NCBI GenBank assembly: GCA_002397155.1
Contig: DGZR01000079.1
Location: forward strand, 873 to 64,872
Source: Firmicutes bacterium UBA4975
GTDB taxonomy: Bacteria > Bacillota > Proteinivoracia > UBA4975
DNA: 64,000 nt
Direction: 5' to 3'
Below, one piece after another: positions 42,784-52,303 of this stretch. The notes under the pieces were generated by a model. It worked only from the letters and a program-made list of their open reading frames with translations. It was not told where the DNA came from and did not search any database. Both the position numbers and the translations under genes were made by a program. How positions within the stretch are numbered: the first letter of the stretch is position 1; every line of letters starts with the position of its first letter.

Positions 42784-43464
42784 GTGCAAGTGGTACTAGA
42801 GGCCAGCGGGCTGGAAAAAGTCTACCTTTCAGGAGATAATAAAACCCATGCGGTGAGGGAAATGAGCCTGAGTATCGGCAGCGGAGAATCTGTGGCCATT
42901 ACCGGGCCCTCGGGCTGCGGCAAAACAACTTTGATCAATTTGCTGGGCCTGGTGATCCGGCCCACCCAGGGCCAATTGCTCATCGATTCGGTGGATTCAG
43001 CCACCCTAACGCCCAAGCAGCGGGCCCGGCACCGGAACCAGGTCTTTGGCTACGTTGTCCAGGACTTTGCCCTGATTGAAGATTTGACCGCCTACCACAA
43101 CGTGGAGATACCCCTTTTGTATCGCCAAAAGAGAGGGCGGGCAAAAGATAAAAAAGGACTCATCTTGGCTGCTTTGGACCAAGTAGGCTTAAAGGGCAAG
43201 GAATTTGTTAAAGCGAAGAACCTGTCGGGAGGAGAGAGGCAGCGGGTGGCCATCGCCCGGGCAATTGTCAACTCACCCCGGGTTATCCTGGCCGACGAAC
43301 CTACGGGCTCCCTGGACTCAAAAAGCGCCAAGGAAATCATGGGCCTCCTGCACAGCCTGGTTCATGCGGGCAAAACCCTGGTCCTGGTCACCCACGACCA
43401 AGCCTTGGCGGACCAGTGCAGCCGTCAGATCAGGATGGCTGACGGAATGGCGGTTAATTCGTAG
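42784..43464 (+). CDS. ABC transporter ATP-binding protein (MacB/LolD-like)
   Basis: Walker [10 protein letters not shown], signature [14 protein letters not shown], Walker [12 protein letters not shown]. Confidence 0.9.
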   Translation: MQVVLEASGLEKVYLSGDNKTHAVREMSLSIGSGESVAITGPSGCGKTTLINLLGLVIRPTQGQLLIDSVDSATLTPKQRARHRNQVFGYVVQDFALIEDLTAYHNVEIPLLYRQKRGRAKDKKGLILAALDQVGLKGKEFVKAKNLSGGERQRVAIARAIVNSPRVILADEPTGSLDSKSAKEIMGLLHSLVHAGKTLVLVTHDQALADQCSRQIRMADGMAVNS

Positions 43465-43567
43465 GTTTTTGGCGAGCAGATAAAAGGGAGCGGCGGTAGG
43501 GCCGCCCCCTTTTTTTCGGCTGTTATACCCCCGGAGCCGGCGGCATATTTTAAAGGGGGGTGGTGGG

Positions 43568-43849
43568 ATGGCCAAGGGGGAAAGGCTTAAAGCAAAAGTT
43601 GCTGATATTCTTGACTTGCCCCGGGATCTGCTGGCGGATCTCTTTCGCCTGACCCTGGCGGGGCGGGGGCAGCTCTTTATTGAGAATCACAAGGGAATCA
43701 TCCTCTACCAGCCTGATCTCATCCGCCTCAGCGTTCGGGGCGGAGAAGTGATTGTCCGGGGCCGGGATCTGCAGGTGCGCTTTGTCTATACCGCCGAGAT
43801 GTATATCGAAGGCCGGATCGACACTATAGAGGTGGAGGGTTTAGATTGA
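43568..43849 (+). CDS. yqfC: sporulation protein YqfC
   Basis: 93 aa; conserved pair with yqfD. Confidence 0.7.
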   Translation: MAKGERLKAKVADILDLPRDLLADLFRLTLAGRGQLFIENHKGIILYQPDLIRLSVRGGEVIVRGRDLQVRFVYTAEMYIEGRIDTIEVEGLD

Positions 43850-44991
43850 AGGGGGGAAAATACGCCGGTCTTTTCGGCATGGTGCGGGCCAGGGCAGAGG
43901 GGGTCCACCCCGAAGAATTCATGAACGGGGCGGCAAAACTGGGCGTGAGAGTGTGGGATGTCCGGGCCGCCGGTAAGGAGACGCTCTTTTCTACCGACCG
44001 GGCCGGTTTAAAAAGACTGGAGCAGCTCCAGCCCCGGGGTTTCAGCTTGACGGTTCTGGCGGAAAAGGGCCTGATTTACCTGCTCCGGCGCTTGCTGGGC
44101 AGGAAGTTTTTGCTGGCCGGTTTTTTTTGCTTTTGCCTGGCCCTTTTCTACCTTTCCGGTCTTGTCTGGGCCATAGAAATTGACGGGCTTCAGGAGCTGG
44201 ACCGAGCCCAGTTTACCGAGCACATAAGGGGCTTGGGCCTGGAAAGGTGGGGCATGGCGCGAAAATTGGATTTTAACGAGATTGAAGAAGATCTGTACCT
44301 GCGCTTTCCCCAGATCGCCTGGGTGGCAATCGAGCGCAAGGGCACGAAAATAACGGTCCGGGTGGTGGAAAAGGCACCCAATCCCTTCCCGTCCGGGGCG
44401 GTTATTGACATAGTCGCCAAGTATGATGGTATAATATCTGAGATGATGGTTTTAAAGGGCATACCCCAAGTGACGCCGGGAACGACGGTGGCTCGGGGCG
44501 ATGTCCTGATTGCCGGCTATATCGAGGACGGGGCCGAGGTAAGCGCCGCCGGTTCCGTCCTAGGCCGGGTCTTCATCACCGGCCAGGGCGAGGGGGCCCT
44601 GCGGGAAGCGCTAAAGACCTTTACTGGCCAGGAAAAAGAAGTGGATATCCTGGAGCTCTGGGGGAAGAAGTTCGCCCTCTCCCGCACGCCGCCCTATGCC
44701 AATTACGAAGTCAAAGAAGAAACTATCGGGCTCTACCGGGACAAGGTATTTTTTCATCGGCGCTACTTTCGGGAGGTGCTCCTGAACACGGTGGACTACA
44801 CTCCCCAAGAAGCCGAGGAGCTGGCCCGCCGACGGGCCCTGCTGGCCGCCCATGGCCAGGTAGATGAGGAGGCTCAAATCCTCCATCGGGAAGAAGAAAT
44901 GCGCTTTGTGGAGGGGCGGTATTTTTGCCGCGTCTTGCTCACAGCCGAAACCAGTATGGTCGAAGAACAGGTAAACAACAGGGGGGAATGA
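43846..44991 (+). CDS. yqfD: sporulation protein YqfD (stage IV)
   Basis: 381 aa, central TM; synteny with yqfC-phoH. Confidence 0.75.
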   Translation: MKGGKYAGLFGMVRARAEGVHPEEFMNGAAKLGVRVWDVRAAGKETLFSTDRAGLKRLEQLQPRGFSLTVLAEKGLIYLLRRLLGRKFLLAGFFCFCLALFYLSGLVWAIEIDGLQELDRAQFTEHIRGLGLERWGMARKLDFNEIEEDLYLRFPQIAWVAIERKGTKITVRVVEKAPNPFPSGAVIDIVAKYDGIISEMMVLKGIPQVTPGTTVARGDVLIAGYIEDGAEVSAAGSVLGRVFITGQGEGALREALKTFTGQEKEVDILELWGKKFALSRTPPYANYEVKEETIGLYRDKVFFHRRYFREVLLNTVDYTPQEAEELARRRALLAAHGQVDEEAQILHREEEMRFVEGRYFCRVLLTAETSMVEEQVNNRGE

Positions 44992-44995
44992 GCAG

Positions 44996-45952
44996 TTGCC
45001 AGATGGGGATACTCTGCGGCTGAATAACGGAGAAGCACTGAAATTGCTGGGTATGCAGGATAAAAATCTAGCTTTATTTGCTAAAACTTTTGGGGTAAAA
45101 TTGATCCTCACAGACGAAGGGCTGCAGGTGAACGGGCCCTCGCCCGGCCGGGAACAGGCCGCCGACCTGCTCAACCAGATTCTGGCCATTATCCGGGCGG
45201 GCAATTCCCCGGATTATGCCGAGGTCAGCCAGATGGTCCAGAATTACCGGGCAAGCCGCACCGATCACCGGACGCTGTACCGGGACGAAATCCTTACCAC
45301 CCCCCGGGGCAAAAAAGTGATTGCCAAGACCCCCGGCCAGCACCGCTACATCCTGTCCATCAAGAAAAACGACTTGGTCTTTTGCATCGGCCCCGCCGGA
45401 ACGGGCAAGACTTACCTGGCGGTGGCCATAGCGGTGCGGGCTCTAAAAGAAAAACAAATCGCCAAAATCGTCCTCACCCGGCCCGCCATCGAGGCCGGGG
45501 AAAGGCTGGGCTTTTTGCCCGGGGACCTGCAGGACAAGGTCGATCCCTACCTGCGGCCGCTGTACGACGCCCTCTTGGAGTTCTTGGGCTTGGAGACCTA
45601 TCAGAAGTACATGGAAAAAGGGGTAATCGAGGTCGCCCCCCTGGCCTACATGCGGGGGAGGACCCTTAACGACGCTTTTATAATTTTGGACGAGGCGCAA
45701 AACACCACCCCGGAGCAGATGAAGATGTTCTTGACCCGGTTTGGCTTTGGCTCCAAGGCCATTGTCACCGGCGACATCACCCAGATCGACCTGCCCCGGG
45801 AGACGGTCTCCGGTCTGCGCCAAGTCATCGGCATCCTCCAGGGGATCGAGGGCATCGAAGTGATCTACCTGGATGAAACCGATATCATCCGGCATAAGCT
45901 GGTGGCGGATATTGTCCAAGCCTATGCCAAGCGCGCGCCAAGGAGAAAGTGA
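44996..45952 (+). CDS. phoH: PhoH-family ATPase
   Basis: GPAGTGKTYLAVA Walker A; DEAQN Walker B. Confidence 0.9.
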   Translation: MPDGDTLRLNNGEALKLLGMQDKNLALFAKTFGVKLILTDEGLQVNGPSPGREQAADLLNQILAIIRAGNSPDYAEVSQMVQNYRASRTDHRTLYRDEILTTPRGKKVIAKTPGQHRYILSIKKNDLVFCIGPAGTGKTYLAVAIAVRALKEKQIAKIVLTRPAIEAGERLGFLPGDLQDKVDPYLRPLYDALLEFLGLETYQKYMEKGVIEVAPLAYMRGRTLNDAFIILDEAQNTTPEQMKMFLTRFGFGSKAIVTGDITQIDLPRETVSGLRQVIGILQGIEGIEVIYLDETDIIRHKLVADIVQAYAKRAPRRK

Positions 45953-45963
45953 GGCGGGGGGAT

Positions 45964-48093
45964 ATGAAGACCCGAGGGGCTTACCTGGATAAGCTGAATA
46001 GCCTGTGGCACAGCGCCGAAGCGAAAATCCTGCTGGGGGTCTTCCTCTTTATCGCTCTTTTTGTCTCGGTGGCCGTCGGCATTCTGCCGGCCCAGTACGA
46101 GTTAGAAGAGGGTCAGATTTCTCCCGACACTATCTACGCCGCCCGGTCGGTCATCGACCAGGAGGCGACCAGCCTGGCCCGGGCCGCCGCCGCCGAGCAG
46201 GTTGAAGATGTGTACCTCTTTGACTCGGCGGTGGAGGGAAGGGTGATAGACAAAGTCACCGGGCCCCTGGCTTACCTGATGGCCCTGCCCGGCGCCCCGG
46301 CCGAAGAACTTACCCCCGAGCAGGCGGAAGTGGCGCTCCAGGGGACGGTGGCAGAATTCTTGACTCTCTTTCCGGAGGTGGGCAATGAGGACAACGCCCT
46401 CCTCCTCTTGTCAATACCCCAAGAAAGCGTAGAGCAGGCCCTGGTCCTGACCAAGAGCCTGATTCACGCCACCCTGTCCCCGGGAATCAAGCCCGACGGG
46501 GCGGCGGCCGCCCTGCAAAAAATAAAAACCGACCTCTACCAGGCTCAGCTATCTACCCAACTTCGGGATCTGGTAATCGTCAATTTGGAAAATAACTTCC
46601 GGCACAACCGCATCTATTCTCCCGAGGAGACCGCCGCTCAGCGCCGCCGGGCCCGGGACCAGGTGGAAAATATAATCATCCTCAAGGGGGCCAAGGTCAT
46701 CGACCGGGGTGAAACTGTCACCCGGGCCCACCTTTCCCAGCTTCGGGCCTTGGGCATGTTGGAGACGAGCTTTGCCTACGGTTACTACTTGGGCCTCTTG
46801 GTCTTGGTAGCCAGTATTTTCGGGGCCTGGGGCTACTACCTGCACCGCTACCGGCCCGAGCTCTTTTCCTCTCCTTCCCGCCTGGTCCTGATTGGACTCA
46901 TCGTCATCCTTACCATCTGGGCGGCCAAACTCTTTGGCGGTCTGCTCTTTGGCGCGGGCTCGCCCTACCTCATTCCCGCCGCCATGGCCTCCCTGCTCTT
47001 GGCGATAATATTTGACGTCCACCTGGCCCTGTTTTTTGGCACCACCCTGGCCCTGGTCCTCGCCTTTACGGCCGGCAGCGAGCTGAACGTGCTGGTGATG
47101 GCCCTGATCGGCAGCGTGGTGGGGGCGTACAGCGTTTCCAAGGTCAATCAGCGGTCCGACCTGACCCGGGCCGGGCTCTTGGTGGCGGCAGCCAATGTGG
47201 CCGGCATCTTGGGCCTGACCCTCATCGGCAACGGCCTGGCCCTGACTCCCACCTCGGTCCAGGGAACCCTCTTGGACCTGGCTCTGGGCGTGGGCGGGGG
47301 CCTGCTCTCATCGGTCTTTGCCGTGGGACTATTGCCGGTCATCGAATCAGCTTTTGGCATCACCACCCCGATCAGGTTACTGGAGCTGGCCAACCCCAAC
47401 CAAAAACCCCTAAAACGGCTGCTGCTGGAAGCGCCCGGGACTTACAACCACAGTATAATGGTGGGCAACTTGGCCGAGGCCGCCGCCGAGACGGTGGGGG
47501 CCGACCCGGTCCTCTGCCGGGTGGGGGCTTACTACCATGACCTGGGTAAACTTTCCCGCCCTTACTTTTTTATCGAGAACCAGTTCCAGGGAAATAATCC
47601 CCACGACCGGATTCCTCCCAGCCTGAGCAGCATGATTCTGGTCGCCCACGTGCGCAACGGCGTCGAGCTGGCCCGGGAGTACAAGCTGCCCCCGGTAATC
47701 AAGGACATCATCGAGCAGCACCACGGCACCACCCTGATCAGCTTTTTCTACCATCGGGCCCAGAGCGAGCGGGGCAGCAGGGACCAGCTTTTGGAGGACA
47801 AGTTCCGCTACGAGGGGCCCAAGCCCCAATTTAAAGAATCGGGGATAATCATGCTGGCCGACTCGGTCGAGGCGGCGGTCCGCTCAATTTCCCAGCCCAG
47901 CCAGTTTAGGATTGAGGGCATGGTAGAAAAGATCGTCCAAGAAAAGCTGGCCGACGGCCAGTTGGACCAGTGCGACCTGACCTTAAAAGACCTGAGCCAA
48001 ATCTCCCGGGCTTTTGTCCAGGTCTTCACCGGCATTTATCACAAGCGTATTGCCTATCCTTCGGAAAAAGATTTGGCCAAGATAAGCTCTTAA
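45964..48093 (+). CDS. pgpH: 7TM-receptor with intracellular HD hydrolase (PgpH/YqfF, c-di-AMP phosphodiesterase family)
   Basis: 7 TM core plus HD domain (YYHDLGKL, HHG); about 710 aa. Confidence 0.85.
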   Translation: MKTRGAYLDKLNSLWHSAEAKILLGVFLFIALFVSVAVGILPAQYELEEGQISPDTIYAARSVIDQEATSLARAAAAEQVEDVYLFDSAVEGRVIDKVTGPLAYLMALPGAPAEELTPEQAEVALQGTVAEFLTLFPEVGNEDNALLLLSIPQESVEQALVLTKSLIHATLSPGIKPDGAAAALQKIKTDLYQAQLSTQLRDLVIVNLENNFRHNRIYSPEETAAQRRRARDQVENIIILKGAKVIDRGETVTRAHLSQLRALGMLETSFAYGYYLGLLVLVASIFGAWGYYLHRYRPELFSSPSRLVLIGLIVILTIWAAKLFGGLLFGAGSPYLIPAAMASLLLAIIFDVHLALFFGTTLALVLAFTAGSELNVLVMALIGSVVGAYSVSKVNQRSDLTRAGLLVAAANVAGILGLTLIGNGLALTPTSVQGTLLDLALGVGGGLLSSVFAVGLLPVIESAFGITTPIRLLELANPNQKPLKRLLLEAPGTYNHSIMVGNLAEAAAETVGADPVLCRVGAYYHDLGKLSRPYFFIENQFQGNNPHDRIPPSLSSMILVAHVRNGVELAREYKLPPVIKDIIEQHHGTTLISFFYHRAQSERGSRDQLLEDKFRYEGPKPQFKESGIIMLADSVEAAVRSISQPSQFRIEGMVEKIVQEKLADGQLDQCDLTLKDLSQISRAFVQVFTGIYHKRIAYPSEKDLAKISS

Positions 48094-48107
48094 GCGGGGT
48101 AATAAAA

Positions 48108-48572
48108 ATGGAGCTAAATTTTTGTTTGGCAGAAGAGTTCGAGGGTACCGATAGCCTGGCGGCCCTGACGGAAAAGACAGCCGCAGCGGTGAGGGCGGTT
48201 TTTCAAGAATCTTTTCCCCGGGAATGTTATAATGTGATAGTGGCCAGCGCCCAGCTTGTCCGCCTTTTAAACCGGGACTTTCGCCAGGTGGATGCGGTTA
48301 CCGACGTCCTCAGCTTTCCTCTGGGACAGGAGGGGGACCGGGTCACCGGCGAGATCTACATCTGCTGGCCCCGGGTGGAGAGCCAGGCCCGGGATTACGG
48401 GCACAGCCGGGAGCGGGAATTTTGTTTTTTGCTGGTTCACGGCATCCTCCACTTGCTGGGCTACGACCATGGGGAAGAACCCAACCCGAAAATGCGGGCT
48501 CTGGAGGAAAAGATTCTCGAATCAATAAACTTGGGGAGGGTGGAACTTGGCGGCCAAAACCCTGCTCGATAG
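48108..48572 (+). CDS. ybeY: rRNA maturation endoribonuclease YbeY
   Basis: HGILHLLGYDH zinc motif. Confidence 0.9.
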   Translation: MELNFCLAEEFEGTDSLAALTEKTAAAVRAVFQESFPRECYNVIVASAQLVRLLNRDFRQVDAVTDVLSFPLGQEGDRVTGEIYICWPRVESQARDYGHSREREFCFLLVHGILHLLGYDHGEEPNPKMRALEEKILESINLGRVELGGQNPAR

Positions 48573-48915
48573 TTTCCGCTTCGCTTTTGCTGGCTTTGCT
48601 TACAGTTTTAAAACCCAGCGCAATTTTCGCATTCACTGTCTGGCCTCCCTGGTCTTGGCGGTCCTCTTGCCCCTCCTGGATGTGGGGCTGACCCAGGCCC
48701 TGTTCCTTTTATCCGCCATGTTCTTAGTCCTGATCAGTGAACTGTTTAACACTGCCGTAGAAAAGACTATCGACCTGTACACCGATAAGTACCACCCCTT
48801 GGCGAAAATTGCAAAGAACTGCGCGGCGGCCGCGGTGCTGATGTCCGCCCTGTATGCTGTCGTTGTGGGCCTTGTCCTTTTGGGCCCTAGATTTCTCGCT
48901 ATTTTAAGGAGGTAA
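48547..48915 (+). CDS. dgkA: diacylglycerol kinase / undecaprenol kinase
   Basis: 122 aa, 3 TM, ELFNTAVE motif; TTG start. Confidence 0.85.
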   Translation: MAAKTLLDSFRFAFAGFAYSFKTQRNFRIHCLASLVLAVLLPLLDVGLTQALFLLSAMFLVLISELFNTAVEKTIDLYTDKYHPLAKIAKNCAAAAVLMSALYAVVVGLVLLGPRFLAILRR

Positions 48916-48920
48916 AAGGG

Positions 48921-49967
48921 ATGGCTGAATCGAGAAAGAATAGGGATATATGCATCATCTTGGCGGTGTCCCTCTTGCTCAGCGTCGCCTTTTTGCTCAA
49001 TTCCCTGGGGCTCATCACTTTTGGCCGGGGCGAGTTTGAAAACGCCCAAGAATATGCTCTCAGCCTCTTGGAACACAACCGGCGGCTGGCCCAAGAGCTG
49101 GAGGTCCCCAAGGACAATACCCGGGTGCGCTTTGCTTACGAGAATCTGCACAAAGCAATTGTCGACGCCTCTACCGCCGAGGAGATAACCAATCTCATCC
49201 TTTCGGAGATGGGGGATTTTGAAGACACCATCCGAGAAGAGGCGGATTACTACCTGACCAACTGGCTGGAGTGGGCCATCTCCCAGGATCCGGGCCTGCC
49301 CGGCCTGACCGGGCCGGCGGAACTTGTAATTTACTTTCTTTCAGATAATGCCGTCACTGTCGAAGGGGGAGAGTTTCTCACCGGGGAGACCCTGGACAAG
49401 ATCCGCGCCCACTTTTCCGGCAAGGGGATCGGCATGCAGACCGTGACCATCGCCATCGAGGCCGAAGAAGGCCGGGTTACGACCCGGGTGGTGGAACCCC
49501 TGAGCGTCCTCTATCCCGTCCAGCACTTGCAGGACCAGCTCAAGTTTCTAGAACAGGAGTACAATAACCTGCGGTCGGCGGCAGGCTATTCCGAACTGAC
49601 GGGACCGGGGTTGGTGGTGTCCCTCCTGGACGCCGAAGACGACCTTCTCTTAAGTGAAAATAACATCATCCATGACGTGGATGTGCAGGAAGTCGTCCAC
49701 ACTTTAATTGCCGGGGGCGCCCAGGGGATTTCGGTGGGAGGCAAGCGTTTGGTGGTGGACACCTCAATCCGCTGCGTGGGGGGGCCGATCTTGGTCAATT
49801 ACGACCCCATCCCCGTCAAGCCTTTGATCATCAAGGCGGTGGGCGATCCCCAGGCCCTGAGCAGCGCCCTTGCCCCCTTGTTCCGCAGCTACCGGGAAAA
49901 CCGAGACCTGCGGATTGAGGTAAGCCAGGAATCGGAAATATGGCTGCCCGGCCAGTCCCTGCGCTAG
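48921..49967 (+). CDS. DUF881 family protein (division/cell-wall cluster protein family)
   Basis: N-terminal TM; C-terminal LTGPGLVVSLLD...AGGAQGISVGGKRLV. Confidence 0.6.
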   Translation: MAESRKNRDICIILAVSLLLSVAFLLNSLGLITFGRGEFENAQEYALSLLEHNRRLAQELEVPKDNTRVRFAYENLHKAIVDASTAEEITNLILSEMGDFEDTIREEADYYLTNWLEWAISQDPGLPGLTGPAELVIYFLSDNAVTVEGGEFLTGETLDKIRAHFSGKGIGMQTVTIAIEAEEGRVTTRVVEPLSVLYPVQHLQDQLKFLEQEYNNLRSAAGYSELTGPGLVVSLLDAEDDLLLSENNIIHDVDVQEVVHTLIAGGAQGISVGGKRLVVDTSIRCVGGPILVNYDPIPVKPLIIKAVGDPQALSSALAPLFRSYRENRDLRIEVSQESEIWLPGQSLR

Positions 49968-49978
49968 GAGGCGAGAAA

Positions 49979-51016
49979 GTGAACCAAGGAACCGTCCGTA
50001 TATTAAGGATTCTTGCCATCGTTGCCATCGCTCTCAACATCGCCATCCTGGCCACCCAGATCAAGCTGGGGGATTTTGCCGGGGGCACCGAGCTGACCAA
50101 GGCCAAGTCCTTTGCTAACTTCTTGGTGGGGGACCTCCAGGAGTTGGCCGGCACCCTGGGGGTGGCGGAAAAGGCAAATGTCAAGCAGGCCATGGCCAAG
50201 CTCCATTACGACGTCTACCTGGCCGACAACCAGACCGAACTGGCGGGGATAATCCAAAACAACGCCAGCGTTACCCGGGACTTGATCTTTTCCGAGTACG
50301 CCCGCCTCAACGCCGAAAAGGTGCTGGCGGTGCTCAACTCCGCCCAAGAGGTCCAATATGCCGACTCCCAGGCGGTGCTCACGGTAGAGCCATTGCCCGC
50401 CGGGGGTTACGCAGTCAGCCCGGCCAACAACCTGCGGGAGACCACCGTCAATGCCCTCAAGCAGATTGAAAATCTGCTCAGCCGGGACTCCCTGCGGAAG
50501 TTTTTCCAGCCCTTTCGCCTTCTCTCAACTTTTAAGGTGCTGATTGAGAACGGCGGGGCTCAGCTAGTCCCGCAAAACCCCGAGCAGGACACCATTAAGT
50601 ACCTGGAGGGGGAAATTGAAAACCTGCGGCGCGAGTACGCCAAGGTCAACAAAATTGCCGGCTTTGCTGAGATCTCCGGGCCGGGAGTAGTGATCTCTGT
50701 CTACGACCTGGTGTTTTCTGTCTCCGGCGGCGACCTCAGGCGGATCGTGGGGGAACTGTTTTCCGCCGGGGCCGACGCCATCGCCATCAACGGCCAGCGC
50801 CTGGCCGTCAACAGCTACATCGTCGACGCGGAAGAGGGAATAACTGTGGACGGTATCGTCCTGCGCAATAATCCGGTGATTATCCAGGCCATCGGCGACC
50901 CCACCACCCTGGTGGCCGGAGTGGACTTGCTCTTTTCCGTCTCTTTTAAAGGGATGCTCAGCTTCGATATTGAAACCCGGGAGAGCCTGGTCCTCCCGGC
51001 CAAAGCCCTGCAGTGA
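49979..51016 (+). CDS. DUF881 family protein, tandem paralog
   Basis: ISGPGVVISVYD...AGADAIAINGQRLAV; GTG start after GGAGG. Confidence 0.6.
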   Translation: MNQGTVRILRILAIVAIALNIAILATQIKLGDFAGGTELTKAKSFANFLVGDLQELAGTLGVAEKANVKQAMAKLHYDVYLADNQTELAGIIQNNASVTRDLIFSEYARLNAEKVLAVLNSAQEVQYADSQAVLTVEPLPAGGYAVSPANNLRETTVNALKQIENLLSRDSLRKFFQPFRLLSTFKVLIENGGAQLVPQNPEQDTIKYLEGEIENLRREYAKVNKIAGFAEISGPGVVISVYDLVFSVSGGDLRRIVGELFSAGADAIAINGQRLAVNSYIVDAEEGITVDGIVLRNNPVIIQAIGDPTTLVAGVDLLFSVSFKGMLSFDIETRESLVLPAKALQ

Positions 51017-51019
51017 GGA

Positions 51020-51430
51020 GTGAGGTATTTGGACCTAGAACTTAGAAAGCGCCTGATTGAGGCTGCTTTGGCCGCCCGCCAAAACGCCTATGTGCCTTAT
51101 TCGGGCTACCCGGTGGGGGCGGCCCTGCTGACCAAGGAGGGTAAAATTTACCGGGGCAGCAATGTGGAAAATGCCTCCTACGGACTGACCAACTGCGCCG
51201 AACGCAGCGCTTTTTTTGCCGCCGTTTCCGCCGGGGAGAGAGAGTTTGCCGGGCTGGCGGTGGCCGTCTCGGGCAAGAAGGCCGCTTCGCCCTGCGGCGC
51301 CTGCCGCCAGGTCATCCGCGAATTTTTGCCGGACGAGGCGGAAATAATACTGGTCAATGAAGACGGGGAGGGCGCCGACACGACCATCGACCGGCTGCTG
51401 CCCGGCGCTTTTACCGGCCAGGACCTCTAA
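51020..51430 (+). CDS. cdd: cytidine deaminase
   Basis: CAERSA...PCGACRQVI zinc ligands. Confidence 0.85.
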   Translation: MRYLDLELRKRLIEAALAARQNAYVPYSGYPVGAALLTKEGKIYRGSNVENASYGLTNCAERSAFFAAVSAGEREFAGLAVAVSGKKAASPCGACRQVIREFLPDEAEIILVNEDGEGADTTIDRLLPGAFTGQDL

Positions 51431-51445
51431 AGAGGAGGGATACCG

Positions 51446-52303
51446 ATCAAGAGCGGCTTTGCTGCTGTCACCGGCCTGCCCAATTCGGGCAAATCGACGC
51501 TGATCAACGCCCTGATCGGCGAAAGTCTCCTCATCACTTCCGCCAAGAGCCAGACGACCCGGCGGCAGTTTCGCTGTATCCTTACCGGAGCGGACTACCA
51601 ACTGGTCTTGGTGGACACCCCCGGCCTCCATGCCCCCAAGAACAAACTGGGAGAGTTCATGGCGCGGGAGATCGAGAGTTCCCTGGCCAACAGCGACCTG
51701 GTCCTTTATGTTTTGGACGCTTCCCGGCCCCAGGAGCTGGCCCCGGTCTTTCCCGCGAATAAGCCGGTGATTCTCGTCCTCAATAAAACCGACCTGCTCT
51801 TCCCAAAAAAGGTGGAGGAGCTGGTGGGGGATTTTCAAAAGGACCGGCGCTTTGCCGGGGTGGTGCCGATTTCCGCCGTCGGCCGCACTAACCTGCCCGC
51901 CTTGATCCAGGCGGTGGTTCAGTACCTGCCTGAAGGTGAGTTTCTCTATCCCGCCGACCAGCTCATGGACTGTGATTACCGCCTGCTGGCGGCCGAGCTC
52001 ATCCGGGAACAGGCCCTGCTCCAGCTTGAAGATGAGGTGCCCCACGGCATCGCGGTAGAAATCGTCTCCTTTAGCGAAACCGAGGACGAGGCCTTGATTC
52101 AGGCCAATATCATCGTGGAAAGGGATTCCCACAAGGGCATTGTCATCGGCCGGGGGGGCGGCATGCTCAAGGCAATCGGCACCGGGGCCCGGCTCCAACT
52201 AGAAAACCTCCTGGAAAAGACCGTCCACCTCAAGCTCTGGGTCAAGGTCAACAAGAATTGGCGTAAAGATCCTAACCGCCTAAAATGGCTGGGGTACAAG
52301 TGA
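51446..52303 (+). CDS. era: GTPase Era (conserved N-terminus begins at ATC 51446; no canonical start codon is in frame before 51608)
   Basis: (M)KSGFAAVTGLPNSGKSTL P-loop at 51449-51508 in the same frame as annotated ORF 51608-52303; KH domain C-terminus; GGAGGG 7 nt upstream of ATC. Confidence 0.8.
   Translation: MKSGFAAVTGLPNSGKSTLINALIGESLLITSAKSQTTRRQFRCILTGADYQLVLVDTPGLHAPKNKLGEFMAREIESSLANSDLVLYVLDASRPQELAPVFPANKPVILVLNKTDLLFPKKVEELVGDFQKDRRFAGVVPISAVGRTNLPALIQAVVQYLPEGEFLYPADQLMDCDYRLLAAELIREQALLQLEDEVPHGIAVEIVSFSETEDEALIQANIIVERDSHKGIVIGRGGGMLKAIGTGARLQLENLLEKTVHLKLWVKVNKNWRKDPNRLKWLGYK

Noticed and set aside
51035-52198. 387 aa minus-strand ORF antisense to cdd/era
   Set aside because: Same reasoning; the conserved cdd and era on the + strand explain the region.
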